Assembly (NCBI GenBank): GCA_951406725.2
Contig: OX597827.1
Coordinates: 71,734,001-71,798,000 of the forward strand
From: Octopus vulgaris
Taxonomy: Eukaryota
Direction of reading: 5' to 3'
DNA: 64,000 bases
A program made the translations under genes and the position numbers. This document shows, one piece after another, positions 40,434 to 55,350 of this stretch. Positions within the stretch are counted from its first letter, which is position 1; each line of letters starts with the position of its first letter. Below the pieces are notes generated by a model. It made no database searches. It had not been told where the DNA came from and saw nothing but the letters and a program-made list of their open reading frames with translations.

Positions 40434-41014
40434 ATGAAAATATGAGTAGAACTGTGGAACTATCTCTTGGGGTATGTAATTATGTAGTTTTTTAACAATC
40501 AGCGTTCAAATCACATCAGCAGATCAGCTTTGCTTTACAAACTTCCGGGGTCGATCAAATAAATACCAGTTGATTTCATCTTACTTTCCCTCCCACTCCG
40601 GCAAAAACAAAAAGAAAATCAATTTCTGGCTTTGTGCCAGTGCTAGGACATCAGTAATCAATGGTAGACAAGAACTGGCATTGAACAAATTAAAAGGGAA
40701 AAAAATACGATATTGACAGTATGTGCAATTAATGTTGTCTTTTCAGTGGACAACAAATCAATGGGGAAAATGATTGAGTGATTAGCTTAAGGCTAAAGAA
40801 GAAGTCTCCCGTGCTTTCCTAGTGACCTACCAGGTCAAAAGACATACTTTGTCTCATTATTCCTCACCACAAGATATTGGGGAAACTACTCGCAACTCTA
40901 AATGTCCTTCAAAATGATCTTTGCTAGCTTACGAAGATAAATTCAAAACTTTCGATTAAATTCATTTCGTGTAATACTGAGACATTTGATGTTCTATGAG
41001 GAAGCAATGTTTTA

Positions 41015-41905
<891 letters not shown>

Positions 41906-42120
41906 CGCTTGTCTATTGCAAACACATTAATTCCACGAATACTCACATGTATGTGTGCGTGCGTGCGCGTGTGTGTGCATGTATGTGTATGCATGTGTGT
42001 GTGTGTGTGTGTGTGCATGTATGTGTGTGCATGTGTGTGTGTATGAGCATGTGCGCAATGGTTGAAAGCTGGGGATTCTTTGTGTCAGAGTTTTCTCGTT
42101 TGATGCGATCTTTCAAAAGA

Positions 42121-42172
<52 letters not shown>

Positions 42173-42282
42173 GAATAGTGGGGGAAATAGCGAGAAATGA
42201 GAAAGAGAGACGCGAATAGAAGAGAGGTGCAAGAGAAGGAAGAATGAAGAAAAGAAGGAACTCAGTGATAAGGAAATCGAAA

Positions 42283-43150
42283 TGAAGGAAGGAAGGAAGG
42301 AAGGAAGGAAGGAAGGAAGGAAGGAAGGAAGGAAAGAGGGAAGGAAGGAAGGAAAGAAGGAAGGAAGGAAGGAAGGAAAGAAGAAAGGAAGGAAAGAAGA
42401 AAGGAAGGAAGGAAGGAGAGAAGGAAGAAAGGAAAGAAGAAAGGAAAGAAGGAAGGAAGGAAGGAAGGAAGAAAGGAAGGAAGGAAGGAGAGAAGGAAGG
42501 AAGGAAGAAAGAAGGAAAGAAGGAAGGAAGGAAGGAAGGAAGGAAGGAAGGAAGACAGGCAGGAAGGAAGGAAGGAAGGAAAGAAGGAAGGAAGGAAGGC
42601 AGGCAGGAAGGAAGGAAGGAAGGAAGGAAGGAAAGAAGGAAGGAAGGAAGGCAGGTAGGAAGGAAGGAAGGAAGGAAGGAAAAAAGGAAGGAAGGAAGGA
42701 AGGAAGGAAGGAAGGAAGGAAGGAAGGAAGGAAGGAAGAAGGAAAGAAGGAAGGAAGGACGATAAGAAAAACTGAATGGAAAAGCGGGAGGTTGAAAGGA
42801 AAGTCGAGAAGAAAGAAAGAAAGGCAGGAAGAAAGAAAGCAAAGAAAGAAAGCAAAGAAAGAAAGAAAGGAAGGAAGAAAGGAAGAAAGGCGAAAGGAAG
42901 CAAAGAAGGAAGGAAGGGAGGAAAGAAGGACTAAAGATAGAAAGGACGATAAGAAAAACTGAATGGAAAAAGGGAGGTTGAAAGGAAAGTTGAGAAGAAA
43001 GGAAGAAAGAAGGAAGAAAGAAAGAAAGCAAAGAAAGAAAGAAAGCAAAGAGGGAAAGGAAGAAAGGAAGAAAGCAAAGAAAGGAAGAAAGAAAGAAAGG
43101 AAGAAAGAAGGAAAGGAGGAAGGAAGGAAGGAAGGAAGTAAAGAAGGATG
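42283..43150. repeat. (GGAA)n-rich polypurine tract with an internal ~187-bp duplication
   Basis: GGACGATAAGAAAAACTGAATGGAAAA..GGAGGTTGAAAGGAAAGT at ~42757 and ~42944. Confidence 0.9.
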
Positions 43151-43344
43151 AAAGAAATTAAAGGAACACAGCAGCAGTAGATTGATCAATTATGAATAGA
43201 AAGCAATTTTCTTCTTCTTCATACCTGAAATAGTTAACAATACAGAATATCAAACATGGCGGTCTGAAGAAGAAGAATTGTACAACACTTGTGCTGTGCT
43301 GAGAGTGGAGAGGGAACAACTGTGCAGGTTTCCATGTGCTGGAA

Positions 43345-43391
<47 letters not shown>

Positions 43392-43535
43392 TAGAGAGAG
43401 AGAGTGTGTGTGAGAGGGAGTGAGAGAGAGGGAGAGTGGAGTGTATACGAATGCATATATATATATATATATATATGTACGTTATATTCAGACACGGGTG
43501 AATGTGTATACATACATGTACGTACATACACAAAC

Positions 43536-43587
<52 letters not shown>

Positions 43588-43717
43588 TGTATTATGTATC
43601 TAGACGTACATGTGTGTCTATATATGTGTAGGGTGTAGCGTACGAATGTATACATCATAAAGTGTGTATGTGTATGTATTTATGGATGTATGTGTATATA
43701 CATATATATATATAAAC

Positions 43718-43756
<39 letters not shown>

Positions 43757-44358
43757 TAGATATATGTATGTATGTATATATATATGTGTGTGTGTGTGTG
43801 TGTATGTGTGTGTGTGTATGTGTGCGTGAGAGAGAGAGAGGGAGAGAGAGATGGCCTGAAGCTACAATCATTGAAGTGACCGCGAAAGAAAATTGCAAAG
43901 CAAAACTAAATGGAGAATATTAATATAAAGAGGAAGGAGGAAGGGGGGCAGGAAGGGGATAGGAGGAGGGTAGGGGAGGAGGAGGAGGAGAAGAAAAGAA
44001 AATGAAGGAGAGGAGGAGAAGGAGGAGGAGGAGGAGACAGTGGGAAAAAGTAAACACTAGAACACGAACAAGGACTGTAACAATGAGATGACGAAGAAAA
44101 AAGGATGATGATGATGAGGAGGAGGAGGAGGAGGAGGAGGAGGAAGAGGAGGATTACTGCAGAATCGTTTGAGCAGTCATGGTCAACCTGCGGATCCACG
44201 AGACTTTCTGAACGACACGCCTCATTCCACGAGATAAAAATAAACGTTTATTCCCATTTCTTTGATTTCCTTTTCTTTTTTCCTTTTTTTTTTTTTTCCT
44301 TTAGTAGTGCGGCCCGCTTCTCGAAAAAGTTGCTCACGCCTGCATTAGAAGCGCCTGA

Positions 44359-44751
44359 GCTGTGGAGGCGCAATGGCCCAGTGGTTAGGGCAGCAGACTC
44401 GCGGTCGTAGGATCGCGGTTTCCATTCCCAGACCGGGCGTTGTGAGTGTTTATTGAGCGAAAACACCTAAAAGCTCCACGAGGCTCCGGCAGGGGATGGT
44501 GGTGGTGATCCCTGCTGTACTCTTTCGCCACAACTTTCTCTCACGCTTACTTCCTGTTTCTGTTGTACCTGTGTTTGAAAGGGCCGGCCTTGTCACTCTC
44601 TGTCACGCTGAATATCCCCGAGAACTACGTTAAGGGTACACGTGTCTGTGGAGTGCTCAGCCACTTACACGTTAATTTCACGAGCAGGCTGTTCCGTTGA
44701 TCGGATCAACCGGAACCCTCGTCGTCGTATCCGACGGAGTGCTCCTACCTC
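44359..44751 (+). mobile_element. SINE C, full length
   Basis: Near-identical to the rc of 38501-38889; 11-bp TSD GAAGCGCCTGA at 44348-44358 and 44752-44762. Confidence 0.95.
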
Positions 44752-44875
44752 GAAGCGCCTGAAGAAAATGCTTGTGCAGTATTGATTTCGATTCACTGCG
44801 TTCTAAGCTCAAATCCGGACGTGGCCAGTTTTACTTTCCAATACCCATGGGTCGAGAAAATAAAGTACCAGTCCA

Positions 44876-45296
44876 GGCGCAGGAGTGGCTGTGTGGTAAG
44901 TAGCTTGTTTACCAACCACATGGTTCCGGGTTCAGTCCCACTGCGTGGCACCTTGGGCAAGTGTCTCCTGCTATAGCCCCGGGCCGACCAATGCCTTGTG
45001 AGTGGATTTGGTAGACGGAAACTGAAAGAAGCCCGTCGTATATATGTATATATATATATATATATGCGTGTGTGTGTTTGTGTGTTTGTGTTTGTTCCCC
45101 TAGCATTGCTTGACAACCGATGCTGGTGTGTTTATGTCCCCGTCACTTAGCGGTTCGGCAAAAAGAGACCGATAGAATAAGTACTGGGCTTACAAAAGAA
45201 TAAGTCCCGGGGTCGAGTTGCTCGATTAAAAGCGGTGCTCCAGCATGGCCGCAGTGAAATGACTGAAACAAGTAAAAGAGTAAAAGAGTAAAGAGA
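44876..45296 (+). mobile_element. SINE A, full length, inserted into an old SINE B
   Basis: Near-identical to 40009-40433; AGTCCA on both flanks; SINE-B halves at ~44790-44872 and ~45305-45370. Confidence 0.93.
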
Positions 45297-45399
45297 GTCC
45301 AGTCCAGTCAAGAACTGGGGTCGATGATATCGGCTAAATGCTTCCCCTCAAAACCGTTGGCCTTATGCTTAAATCGGGCGCCATTAAAATTCCTTTCAA

Positions 45400-45610
45400 A
45401 GCCTAAAGTTTTGAGGAAGGAGGATAATCGATTACATCGACCCACCCCCACCTTATTCCAGTATTTGACTGGTACTTATTTTATCGATCCGAAAAGATGA
45501 AAGACAAAGTCGACCTCGGTGAAATTTGAACTCAACAACGCAAACCCGAAGCAAATGTCACAAAACGTTTTGTCCGGCGTGTGCTAATGAATCTGCCAGC
45601 CCGCTGCCTT
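45400..45610 (-). mobile_element. SINE B monomer (diverged)
   Basis: ACTGGTACTTATTTTATCGA..GAAAGACAAAGTCGACCTCGG..TCTGCCAGCCCGCTGCCTT. Confidence 0.8.
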
Positions 45611-46304
45611 TAAAAACCATTAAATATAAAGGTGGTGAGCTAGCAGAATCGTATCTAGAGTGTGTGCTACCCGGGGTAAACCCCCCACCACACACACACA
45701 CACACGGGTCCCTGGATCTTCATTCTTATATAATCCTATACAGCATACCCAAAAGTGCCAGTGTCACTCCTTTATTCCCCACCACCACCACTGCCATCAC
45801 TAACTACTGTTTTGGGTAATCATTCCAGCTCTTTACGTTCCGTTCTGTATTTATCGGCCCCCGGAGGAATGAAATACTCAGTTTCCAATCAAATAACAGG
45901 GTTCGGCAAAGACTTCGATCCGACACTACAACGATTCCGCCAATTGCACAGCTTCGTAATATCCTATTGAACCTCAATGCTTTACCTTTTTCAAAACTAT
46001 TTCATCGAAGAATATAATAAAAGTCTGTGATTTTTGAAATCATTTGTCTTTTAATTGTTTTATCATTGGACTGCGGCCATGCTGGGGCACCATCATGAAG
46101 GCTTTGTCGACACCAGTAGTAATGTCTTAAAACCTGTTACTTACACTAATGGTCTCTTTTACAGAACCGCATAGCTATAGGGACGTAAACAAACCAAAAC
46201 CGGTTGTCAAGCGGTAGCAGATATACACGCATATGTACGCACCCCCCACACACTTACATACACACACATACATACACACACACACACACATAAATTATAT
46301 ATCT

Positions 46305-46621
46305 ATAGTACCAAAAACCCCAACATTGCCATCAGGATACAGAAGTAGATACTGCAACAGCTTGGGCTTTCAAAGGCCCGCTGCTCTTCAATATCCTCCC
46401 AGAAAGCCCGAGAGACCTGCATGGCGTGGACGTAGGCTTTTTCAAAAGAAAGCTGGATCTCTTTGAGTCAAGAGTTCCAGAAGAACCTACCTCAAGGCAA
46501 GAAACGCAGATGAGGGCAGCAACGTCAAACTCCCTCGTCCACCAAATGTCACACATCAGAGGCGGTATAGTGAAAGTATAGTAAACGGCGGTGCCTAAGC
46601 ATGGCCGCAGTTCTTGGACTG
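46305..46621 (+). mobile_element. CR1-group LINE 3' fragment (ORF2 C-terminus plus 3' UTR)
   Basis: RYCNSLGF, then a frameshift, then 46375-46581 GPLLFNILPESPRDLHGVDVGFFKRKLDLFESRVPEEP..RAATSNSLVHQM (CR1-group signature GP.LFN.LP...FK..LD.F...VP..P). The UTR contains GGCGGTGCCTAAGCATGGCCGCAG. Confidence 0.75.
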
Positions 46622-46778
46622 GTGACTGTGGGGTAAGAAGCTTGCTTCCTAACCACATGGTTCAGGGTTCAGTCCCACTGCATGGCATCTTAGGCAAGTG
46701 TCTTCTACTATAGCCTCGGGCCGACCAAAGCCTTGTGAGTGGATATGGTAGACGGAGTCTGAAAGAAGCAAGCCCATC

Positions 46779-46863
<85 letters not shown>

Positions 46864-47069
46864 TGTATGTATATGTTTGTGTTTGCCCCATCATCATCGT
46901 TTGACAACCGATGTTGGTGTGTTTACATCCCCATAACTTAGCAGTTCAGCAAAAGAAACCGATAGAATAAGCACTAAGCTTACAAAGAATAAGTCATGGG
47001 GTCGATTTGTTCAACTAAAGGCGGTGCTCCAGCATGGCTGCAGTCAAATGAATGAAACAAGTAAAAGGA

Positions 47070-47070
<1 letters not shown>
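46621..47070 (+). mobile_element. SINE A
   Basis: Homologous to 40009-40433. Confidence 0.9.
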
Positions 47071-47154
<84 letters not shown>

Positions 47155-47669
47155 ATGTATGTATGTATGTATGTATGTATGTATGTATAATGTGGTAGAA
47201 GACATTTGCCCAAGGTGCCACGCAATGGGACTGACCCTGAAACCACATCGCTGCAAGGCGAGTTTCTAAACCACGCAGCTATTGGTCTTTCTGAACAGAT
47301 ACCTCTATTAGTACATACGAACCACATTAAGTTAAATTATAAACATCTCAGAAAACACATCTACATGAAAAACAATAATTCGCACTGACTTAACTATTTT
47401 TTTTTCAAGCTGATGGTGTCTCTGGGTTATATATTCTGTTAACCATTTTAGGTTCTATGTTAATCTGTGTATAATACAATTCAGTTTCAGTGTGATTCTT
47501 TAATCACTGCTCGTCCAACATTGCGATGTTTTGTATTTGCTTAAATAATTACAGTAATATTAGTCATTGTCTAATTTTTTTTTTTCTCTTTTATACTGAG
47601 AATTATTTCTAATTAGGTTTTTAATGCACCTTGAATTAAATACGTTCACATTAGAATTGTAACTGAGTT

Positions 47670-48599
47670 TAAGTGTGTCACTTAAGTCTCTGAAGACAAA
47701 AATTCATTATTTATCTTTGAAAAAATGTACTAAAATTCATTCTATAACGTTTAAATGAACTAAATTATGCCACTTACGTCTCTGAAGGCAAAAATTTATT
47801 ATTTATCTTTGAAAATTATTGTAAATTTCTTTCTGCAATTTTAAATCGAATAAAATTATGTCGCGTATATTTATCTTTGAAGATAAAACAGCATATGTCG
47901 CTGAGAAAAATATATTAGAATTTGTTGTGTGAATTCTCCAATAATATAAGAATATTCTTCAATGAAAAATGTACTAAAATTCGTTCTGTCGTATTTAATT
48001 GAACTAAATCATGTCGCTTATATCTCCGAAGACAAAACGACATAGATATCATTGAAAATATATAGTGAAATTCGTTCTGCAACTTTTAACCCACTTAAAT
48101 TATGTCGCCTATATCTCTGGGATCTTTTCGGTTTGAACGGCAGTTTTTTAAAATAATTTCCACGTAACTAAACACTTTTAAACTTCGTATACTGGTAGAA
48201 TGTGTTACATAAAACATCTTTTTCTCTTGGCTTTATTGAGAAAATTCTATAGTTTGTAAGATATTTGCTGTGTTTTTTTTTTCTTCAATTCCTGCAATTT
48301 CAGCCAATCGCTGACGTCCATTGAGTTAAAAAAACATTCTGTGCCGTATGAATATGTCCCTCGTTTAAGAAACAGATTGGGTTTATTTACATTTGCGAAG
48401 AAAAAAAAAGACCCCTCCCCTAACCCTAACTAACCCTAAGCATAAAACAGACTGAAATGCAATAGATCGATACTAGGGTCATAATTATGGGTGACAATTT
48501 CATGACACCGCTAGAAAAAACTGCCGTTCAAACCGAAAAGATCCGACAAAATATCGTTAGGGAAAACGCATTGATATTCGTTGCAAGAATTCTCCAGCA

Positions 48600-48600
<1 letters not shown>
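47670..48600. repeat. Degenerate ~90-bp tandem repeat interrupted by a MITE
   Basis: AAATTATGTCGC.TATATCTCTGAAGACAAAA-like units at ~47675, 47765, 47855, 48010 and 48100; the last resumes as GACAAAA after 48544. Confidence 0.7.
48120..48544. mobile_element. MITE with perfect 30-bp TIRs
   Basis: GGATCTTTTCGGTTTGAACGGCAGTTTTTT (48120-48149) and its exact rc (48515-48544); internal CCCTAACCCTAACTAACCCTAA; no clear TSD. Confidence 0.92.
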
Positions 48601-48677
<77 letters not shown>

Positions 48678-49195
48678 GCTTTTCTGAATGACTGAAGCGA
48701 CCTGCTTTTCAAAATGTCGTCTCCTGCTGCTTTACTCGTTCGCCGTATAAAAATGTCAGCTGATATAAACAAATTACCAGCTGTTCAAAACGGCTGGTTA
48801 CTGTTGTTTAATCAATCACTCGTTTAAAAAATGCCGGCTGCTGTCGCTGGATTCCTTGTTTGTTGTTGTTTGTGTTGCTTGTTATCATTATTTATTATCG
48901 TTTGTTTTTTATAAACGGTTTAATGGAATTAGTTCCGACAAAATACTAAAACTTGACAACCTGGACACATCGTAAAATGCTCTCTGTCTGTGTGTGTGAG
49001 TGAATGTATACAGTTTACATTCTAACTGTACAACGTATTACTTGATATGGTGGCAATGCTGTTGGGTTTTTGGGGGTTTTTGTTTTTTCTTTATGCTTTT
49101 CTTTAGTTGCTTGCCGTCGCTACGCTTCAAGTTCGAATCGCGCCGAGATAGCCAACAACTGCGCTTTGCATTTCAGGGTCGCTTATGTCTCTTTT

Positions 49196-49608
49196 TATCT
49201 CTTACGCGTTTCAGTCATTGAACTACGGCCATGCTGGGGCACCGCCTTGAAGGATGGAAATCGAACAAATCAACTCCCAGCGTTTCTTTACTTTTCTTCT
49301 TTTTTTTTACGTCCAGTACTTATTCCTTCGGCTTCTTTTTCCGAAGAACTATTTTACAGAACACAAACAAACCAAGACCGATTGTCAAGTGGTGGTGGAA
49401 GACATACGCAAACAGAAAGCAACATACACACATACATATATACAGATACATATAACATAGGCTTCCACACCGTTTCCGCCTACTAAATTCATTCACAAGG
49501 CATTAGTCAACTTAGAGTTTTAGAAGATACTTGTCCAAGGTACCACGCAATGGAACCGAACCTGAAGCTACGTGGCTGCAAAGGGAGCTTCTTAGTCACA
49601 CAGCTACC
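49196..49608 (-). mobile_element. SINE A (diverged)
   Basis: TTTCAGTCATTG..GGCCATGCTGGGGCACCGCC..CTTGTCCAAGGTACCACGC. Confidence 0.8.
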
Positions 49609-49666
49609 TGAAAACAAAACAGAACTAGTTTGTCGGAGGGGGGGGGGGCAACATCTGGGTGATATC

Positions 49667-49800
49667 TATTGAGTCATCCCATAAATAATGCGGTTTATAA
49701 TTTTTCAAAAATGAAGATAAACAAAGTTTTCTTTTTTTATCTAAAATATACTCTCCATTTTCTACAATGCTCTCCCATCTATCTGATAGACTTGCGAATA
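49667..49800 (-). pseudogene. mariner transposon 3' end remnant
   Basis: rc translates FASLSDRWESIVENGEYILD (mariner end SL..RW..V...GEYI.D), followed by a TIR-like end CCGCATTATTTATGGGATGACTCAA|TA. Confidence 0.75.
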
Positions 49801-49967
49801 ACGTCTGGTTGTTCTGGTACCGTGGGTTATTTTGATTGACAAAACTGAGATGTAAACAACAGCCACTTCGATTAGCCGTTTCGAATCCTGCTCGAAACTA
49901 ACACACTTCAATAACCACTAAATAATCAAACACGCTATATACTGACACACTTTTCCATTTTATTTTC

Positions 49968-50245
49968 GCTGTTAACCGTCCGCGCGACCCCCTTCGTATC
50001 TAGGATGGGACCACGATGAAAATCCAGAGTTACTCGGGGTAAAAATACGAAGGTGGTTTATCAATTAAAAAATCGATATCCATGAAGTAAACTTACTTTC
50101 TGATTTTTTAATGTTAGAAACCTTCATGACAGCCGTCTTTGTAATCCCGAAAAATATCATAACCGTTGGTCCAGCCGTCTGACTATGAAGAGAGAACAGA
50201 CAAAGAGATGGACAGACAGACGTACATATCGCCTATTATTGTAAG

Positions 50246-50246
<1 letters not shown>
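49968..50246 (-). mobile_element. Helitron-like non-autonomous element (third family)
   Basis: rc 5' A|TCTTACAATAATAGG..GTCTGTCTGT..ACGGCTGGACCAAC; GC-rich GTCGCGCGGACGG near the other end. Confidence 0.45.
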
Positions 50247-50954
<708 letters not shown>

Positions 50955-50956
50955 CC

Positions 50957-51046
<90 letters not shown>

Positions 51047-51047
<1 letters not shown>

Positions 51048-51263
51048 AGGCGGCGAGCTGGCAGAATTCTTAGCACGCCGGGCGAAATGCTTAGCGGTAT
51101 TTCGCCTGCCGCTACGTTCTGAGTTCATATTCCGCCGAGGTCGTCTTTGCCTTTCGTCCTTTCGGGGTCGAAAAATTAAGTACCAGTGAAACACTGGGAT
51201 CGATGTAATCGACTGACTCCTTCCCCACAAAATCCAGGCCTTGTGCCTATAGTAGAAAGGATT
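51047..51263 (+). mobile_element. SINE B monomer
   Basis: AAGGCGGCGAGCTGGCAG head, one central domain, tail GGCCTTGTGCCTATAGTAGAAAGG. Confidence 0.92.
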
Positions 51264-51922
51264 ATTATTATCTGAAGAATAACAACAACAACAACGACAA
51301 CAGAAGCCAATTGGCATAGGAGAAAGACGCCAATATATGGTTGATTCTTCCCACTAAAGTGTCATTTATAAACACGGCATCTGTAGTTTTATTTCTTAGC
51401 GTCTTCCATTCTTAACAAGACGTGTCTTTGTTGCATCCAATGAAATCCTGTTATTAAATAGAGACCGCGTTCCGCTTTAGAAATATCGAAATTACACTTC
51501 AGTTCTTTTATTCCTGTATTCTCTTAATCATTTATACTTCATTCTGTTCATTCTCTTTGTTCTTAATATTTCAACTTTGTTTGTTCTTTTTCTTTTTCTT
51601 CTCTTTCTTTCTTTCTTTCTTTCTTTCTTTTTTGTCATAGTTTCAATATTTAATTTTATTGTATATTTTCTGTTATTTTAATTTGCAAAAAATTATCTTC
51701 TTACGCACATATTTGTATAATCTTTTATTAATATTCTATCTATTTTCATAAGCTTTCGTTGGTGTGTGTATGTGTGTGAGAGTGTAGTGTGTGTGTAGTG
51801 TCTGTAGTGTAGTGTGTAGACCGTGTGTTTATATGCATGTGTTCGAGTGTGTATAAGTATAAATGTATATCCATGCATACATTCATACATAGATGCATAC
51901 ACACACACATACACAGTGGAGG

Positions 51923-52016
<94 letters not shown>

Positions 52017-52132
52017 CATACATACATACATACACACAAACATATACACTTAAGAATGTGCTCCATTTTAATGCGTACATGTATACATATATGTGTGTGT
52101 GTGTGTGTATACACATGCATATATATATATGT

Positions 52133-52177
<45 letters not shown>

Positions 52178-52204
52178 CATACATATACCCCCCCCTACAT
52201 ATAT

Positions 52205-52236
<32 letters not shown>

Positions 52237-52355
52237 TCAAATGAGTGTGCATGTGTATATGTGTGTTGCTCCGACACACATTTCTATTTAAAACATCACT
52301 TGCTTTTTATATATGATTTTCATATTTTCATATTTTTATATATTTGTAATGCTTC

Positions 52356-52395
<40 letters not shown>

Positions 52396-52504
52396 TGATT
52401 GTGTGTATATGTGTAGTGTGTCTGTGTTGCGGATGTTAGCGCGTGTGTATTTATATATATGACGAGAGATCGAATGACTGATAGCTAAACTAAAACATTG
52501 CAAA

Positions 52505-52559
<55 letters not shown>

Positions 52560-53056
52560 CATATGCATATAAAGGAGATAATAAAGAACGAACGAGAATA
52601 AAGGATTCAGTAATTTAAAAGATTAAACAATGGGAAAGAATAAAAGAATACAGGAATGGAAGTGTGTGTATGTGTGATGGCATGTGGAAAAAGTTATACC
52701 TTACACTATTTATAAACCTATGTATGCATGTGTCAGTGTATATATATATATATATACACACACACATATAGTACACACACACACACACACACATACACAC
52801 ACATACTCACAGGCACACACACCTATATATATTTTATTGTATCTTTCTTTCCATTCCAGTATTCTTTTATTCTACTTATTTATTCTTTTCAATTTCTCAT
52901 TCGTTTATTCATTCGTAGTTTATTATTTCTATTATTATCTTCACTCTTTTATTGCAGTCATCAACCGCTCGAATTTTAGTTGATTCCATTCATCTAATTT
53001 CCTTTATACCGTTTCATTTAGTAATCTCCTATTCTTCTTGTCATCTATATATCATG

Positions 53057-53738
53057 GTGGAGGCGCAATGGCCCAGTGGTTAGGGCAGCGGACTCGCGGT
53101 CGTAGGATCGCGGTTTCGATTCCCAGACCGGGCGTTGTGAGTGTTTATTGAGCGAAAACACCTAAAGCTCCACGAGGCTCCGACAGGGGATGGTGGTGAT
53201 CCCTGCTGTACTCTTTCACCACAACTTTCTCTCACTCTTACTTCCTGTTTCTGTTGTACCTGTGGAGGCGCAATGGCCCAGTGGTTAGGGCAGCGGACTC
53301 GCGGTCATAGGATTGCGGTTTCGATTCCCAGACCGGGCGTTGTGAGTGTTTATTGAGCGAAAACACCGAAAAGCTCCACGAGGCTCCGGCAGGGGATGGT
53401 GGTGGTGATCCCTGCTGTACTCTTTCACCACAACTTTCTCTCACTCTTACTTCCTGTTTCTGTTGTACCTGTGGAGGCGCAATGGTGGTGGTGATCCCTG
53501 CTGTACTCTTTCACCACAACTTTCTCTCACTCTTACTTCCTGTTTCTGTTGTACCTGTATTTCAAAGGGCTGGCCTTGTCACTCTCTGTGTCACGCTGAA
53601 TATCCCCGAGAACTACGTTAAGGGTACACGTGTCTGTGGAGTGCTCAGCCACTTGCACGTTAATTTTACGAGCAGGCTGTTCCGTTGATTCAGATCAACT
53701 GGAACACTCGTCGTCGCAACCGACGGAGTGCTTCCTGC
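53057..53738 (+). mobile_element. SINE C with reiterated 5' half (heads at 53057, 53262, 53471)
   Basis: GTGGAGGCGCAATGG occurs three times; only the last segment continues to the 3' tail; flanks CTATATATCAT / CTATATATAATCAT resemble a TSD. Confidence 0.92.
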
Positions 53739-53967
53739 CTATATATAATCATTTAGTTCGCGAATTCTTTCATTCTGTAATTCTTTCAGAATAGTTTCAT
53801 TTGAATTAATGATACATTTTTGGGGTTTCCTTTGGTTCTTTTTCTTTTGTTTTTCTTTAATCCGATTATTTATTTATGTATTAATTTATAAATTTGAATT
53901 CCATTGGTATCGCCGTTACGTCTAGTATTGTTTGTAAAATGCTTGATCCTATTAAGAGCGTAGGTAT

Positions 53968-54057
<90 letters not shown>

Positions 54058-54419
54058 ATCTCAGTCCGTCTGTCTGTGCATCTATCTATTTATCTATTCG
54101 TCTATGTATGTTTTATGTATGTATGTATGTATGTATGTATGTATGTATGTATCTATCTATCTATCTATCTATCTATCTACACACACACACACACATACAC
54201 ACACACTCATATACAGAATATGGGTGAGAGAGTGTGTGTGTGTGCGCGCGTGCGTGTTATCGTGTGAGTCTGTGCGTGAGAGAGAGTGTGTGTTTGTGTG
54301 TGTGAGAGTGAGAGAGAGTAAGAGAGAAGGGGAGAGAGACTATGTGTGTGGGTGCGTGTGTGAGAGAGTGGAAAAGTAAGAGAGAGAGGAGAGAGAGAGA
54401 GAGAGAGAGCTTGTGTCTT

Positions 54420-54645
54420 TGTGTTTGTACCCTTCATCAGCGCTTGACAACCGGTATTGGTTTGTTTACTACTCCATAAAGTTGCAGTTCGGCAAAACAG
54501 ATCGATAGAATAAGAATGTTGTTGTTGCTTTCTTTAAAAGAAAAAAATGAATATATACTGGATTCGATTTGTTGGACTAAAAACCCTTCAAGTCGGTGCT
54601 CCAGCGTGGCCACAGTCCAATGACTGAAACAAGTAAATGATGAAA
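54420..54645 (+). mobile_element. SINE A 3' half
   Basis: GCTTGACAACCGG..CGGTGCTCCAGCGTGGCCACAG..GACTGAAACAAGTAAA. Confidence 0.8.
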
Positions 54646-54714
54646 ACAATATGTCTGCCTGATTAGGACCGACTTGGCACAGAACAACATCTAAAACGGC
54701 TTGAAAAACATCTA

Positions 54715-54811
<97 letters not shown>

Positions 54812-54997
54812 CGTTATGACACCCCTACCACCGCCACCACCACCACCACCACCAAATTATATAAATTGAACTTTGTAAAAAAAAATATCTTTCCGGTTTT
54901 GCAAAAATAAAAAAAAAACTTAATGATGCTGATGATGATGATGATGATAATGATGATGATGATAGTAATAATAATACTAACAATAATGATAATGATG

Positions 54998-55076
<79 letters not shown>

Positions 55077-55350
55077 CAACAACAACAATAATAATAATAA
55101 CGACTGGTTTCAAAACTTAAAATCAATAGTTTTAGATCAAAGCAAGATTTTATTTGATATTTTATTTCTGATTGCTGTGCAATAGAGCAATAAATAAGCT
55201 CCTTAGCGAGTCGACTTTATGACCCTGGTTCGATTCCCACGTAGAGCATCGAAAGCTAATGATACTGAGTGAACGCATGAACTTCACAACTTGCTGTTTG
55301 CTCTCGCCTTTATGTCTGAGAACGAATGCTTACGTGAGAAGCACAATATG

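Noticed and set aside
41943-43189. 362/358-aa PSFL-rich and KEGR-rich ORFs
   Set aside because: Translation of a (GGAA)n tract.
44362-44435. tRNA genes at SINE heads (also 38.8, 40.0, 53.1 kb and the B-box-like GGTTCGATTCCC at ~55225)
   Set aside because: A and B boxes are present but I could not fold a complete cloverleaf; most continue into SINE bodies, several with TSDs.
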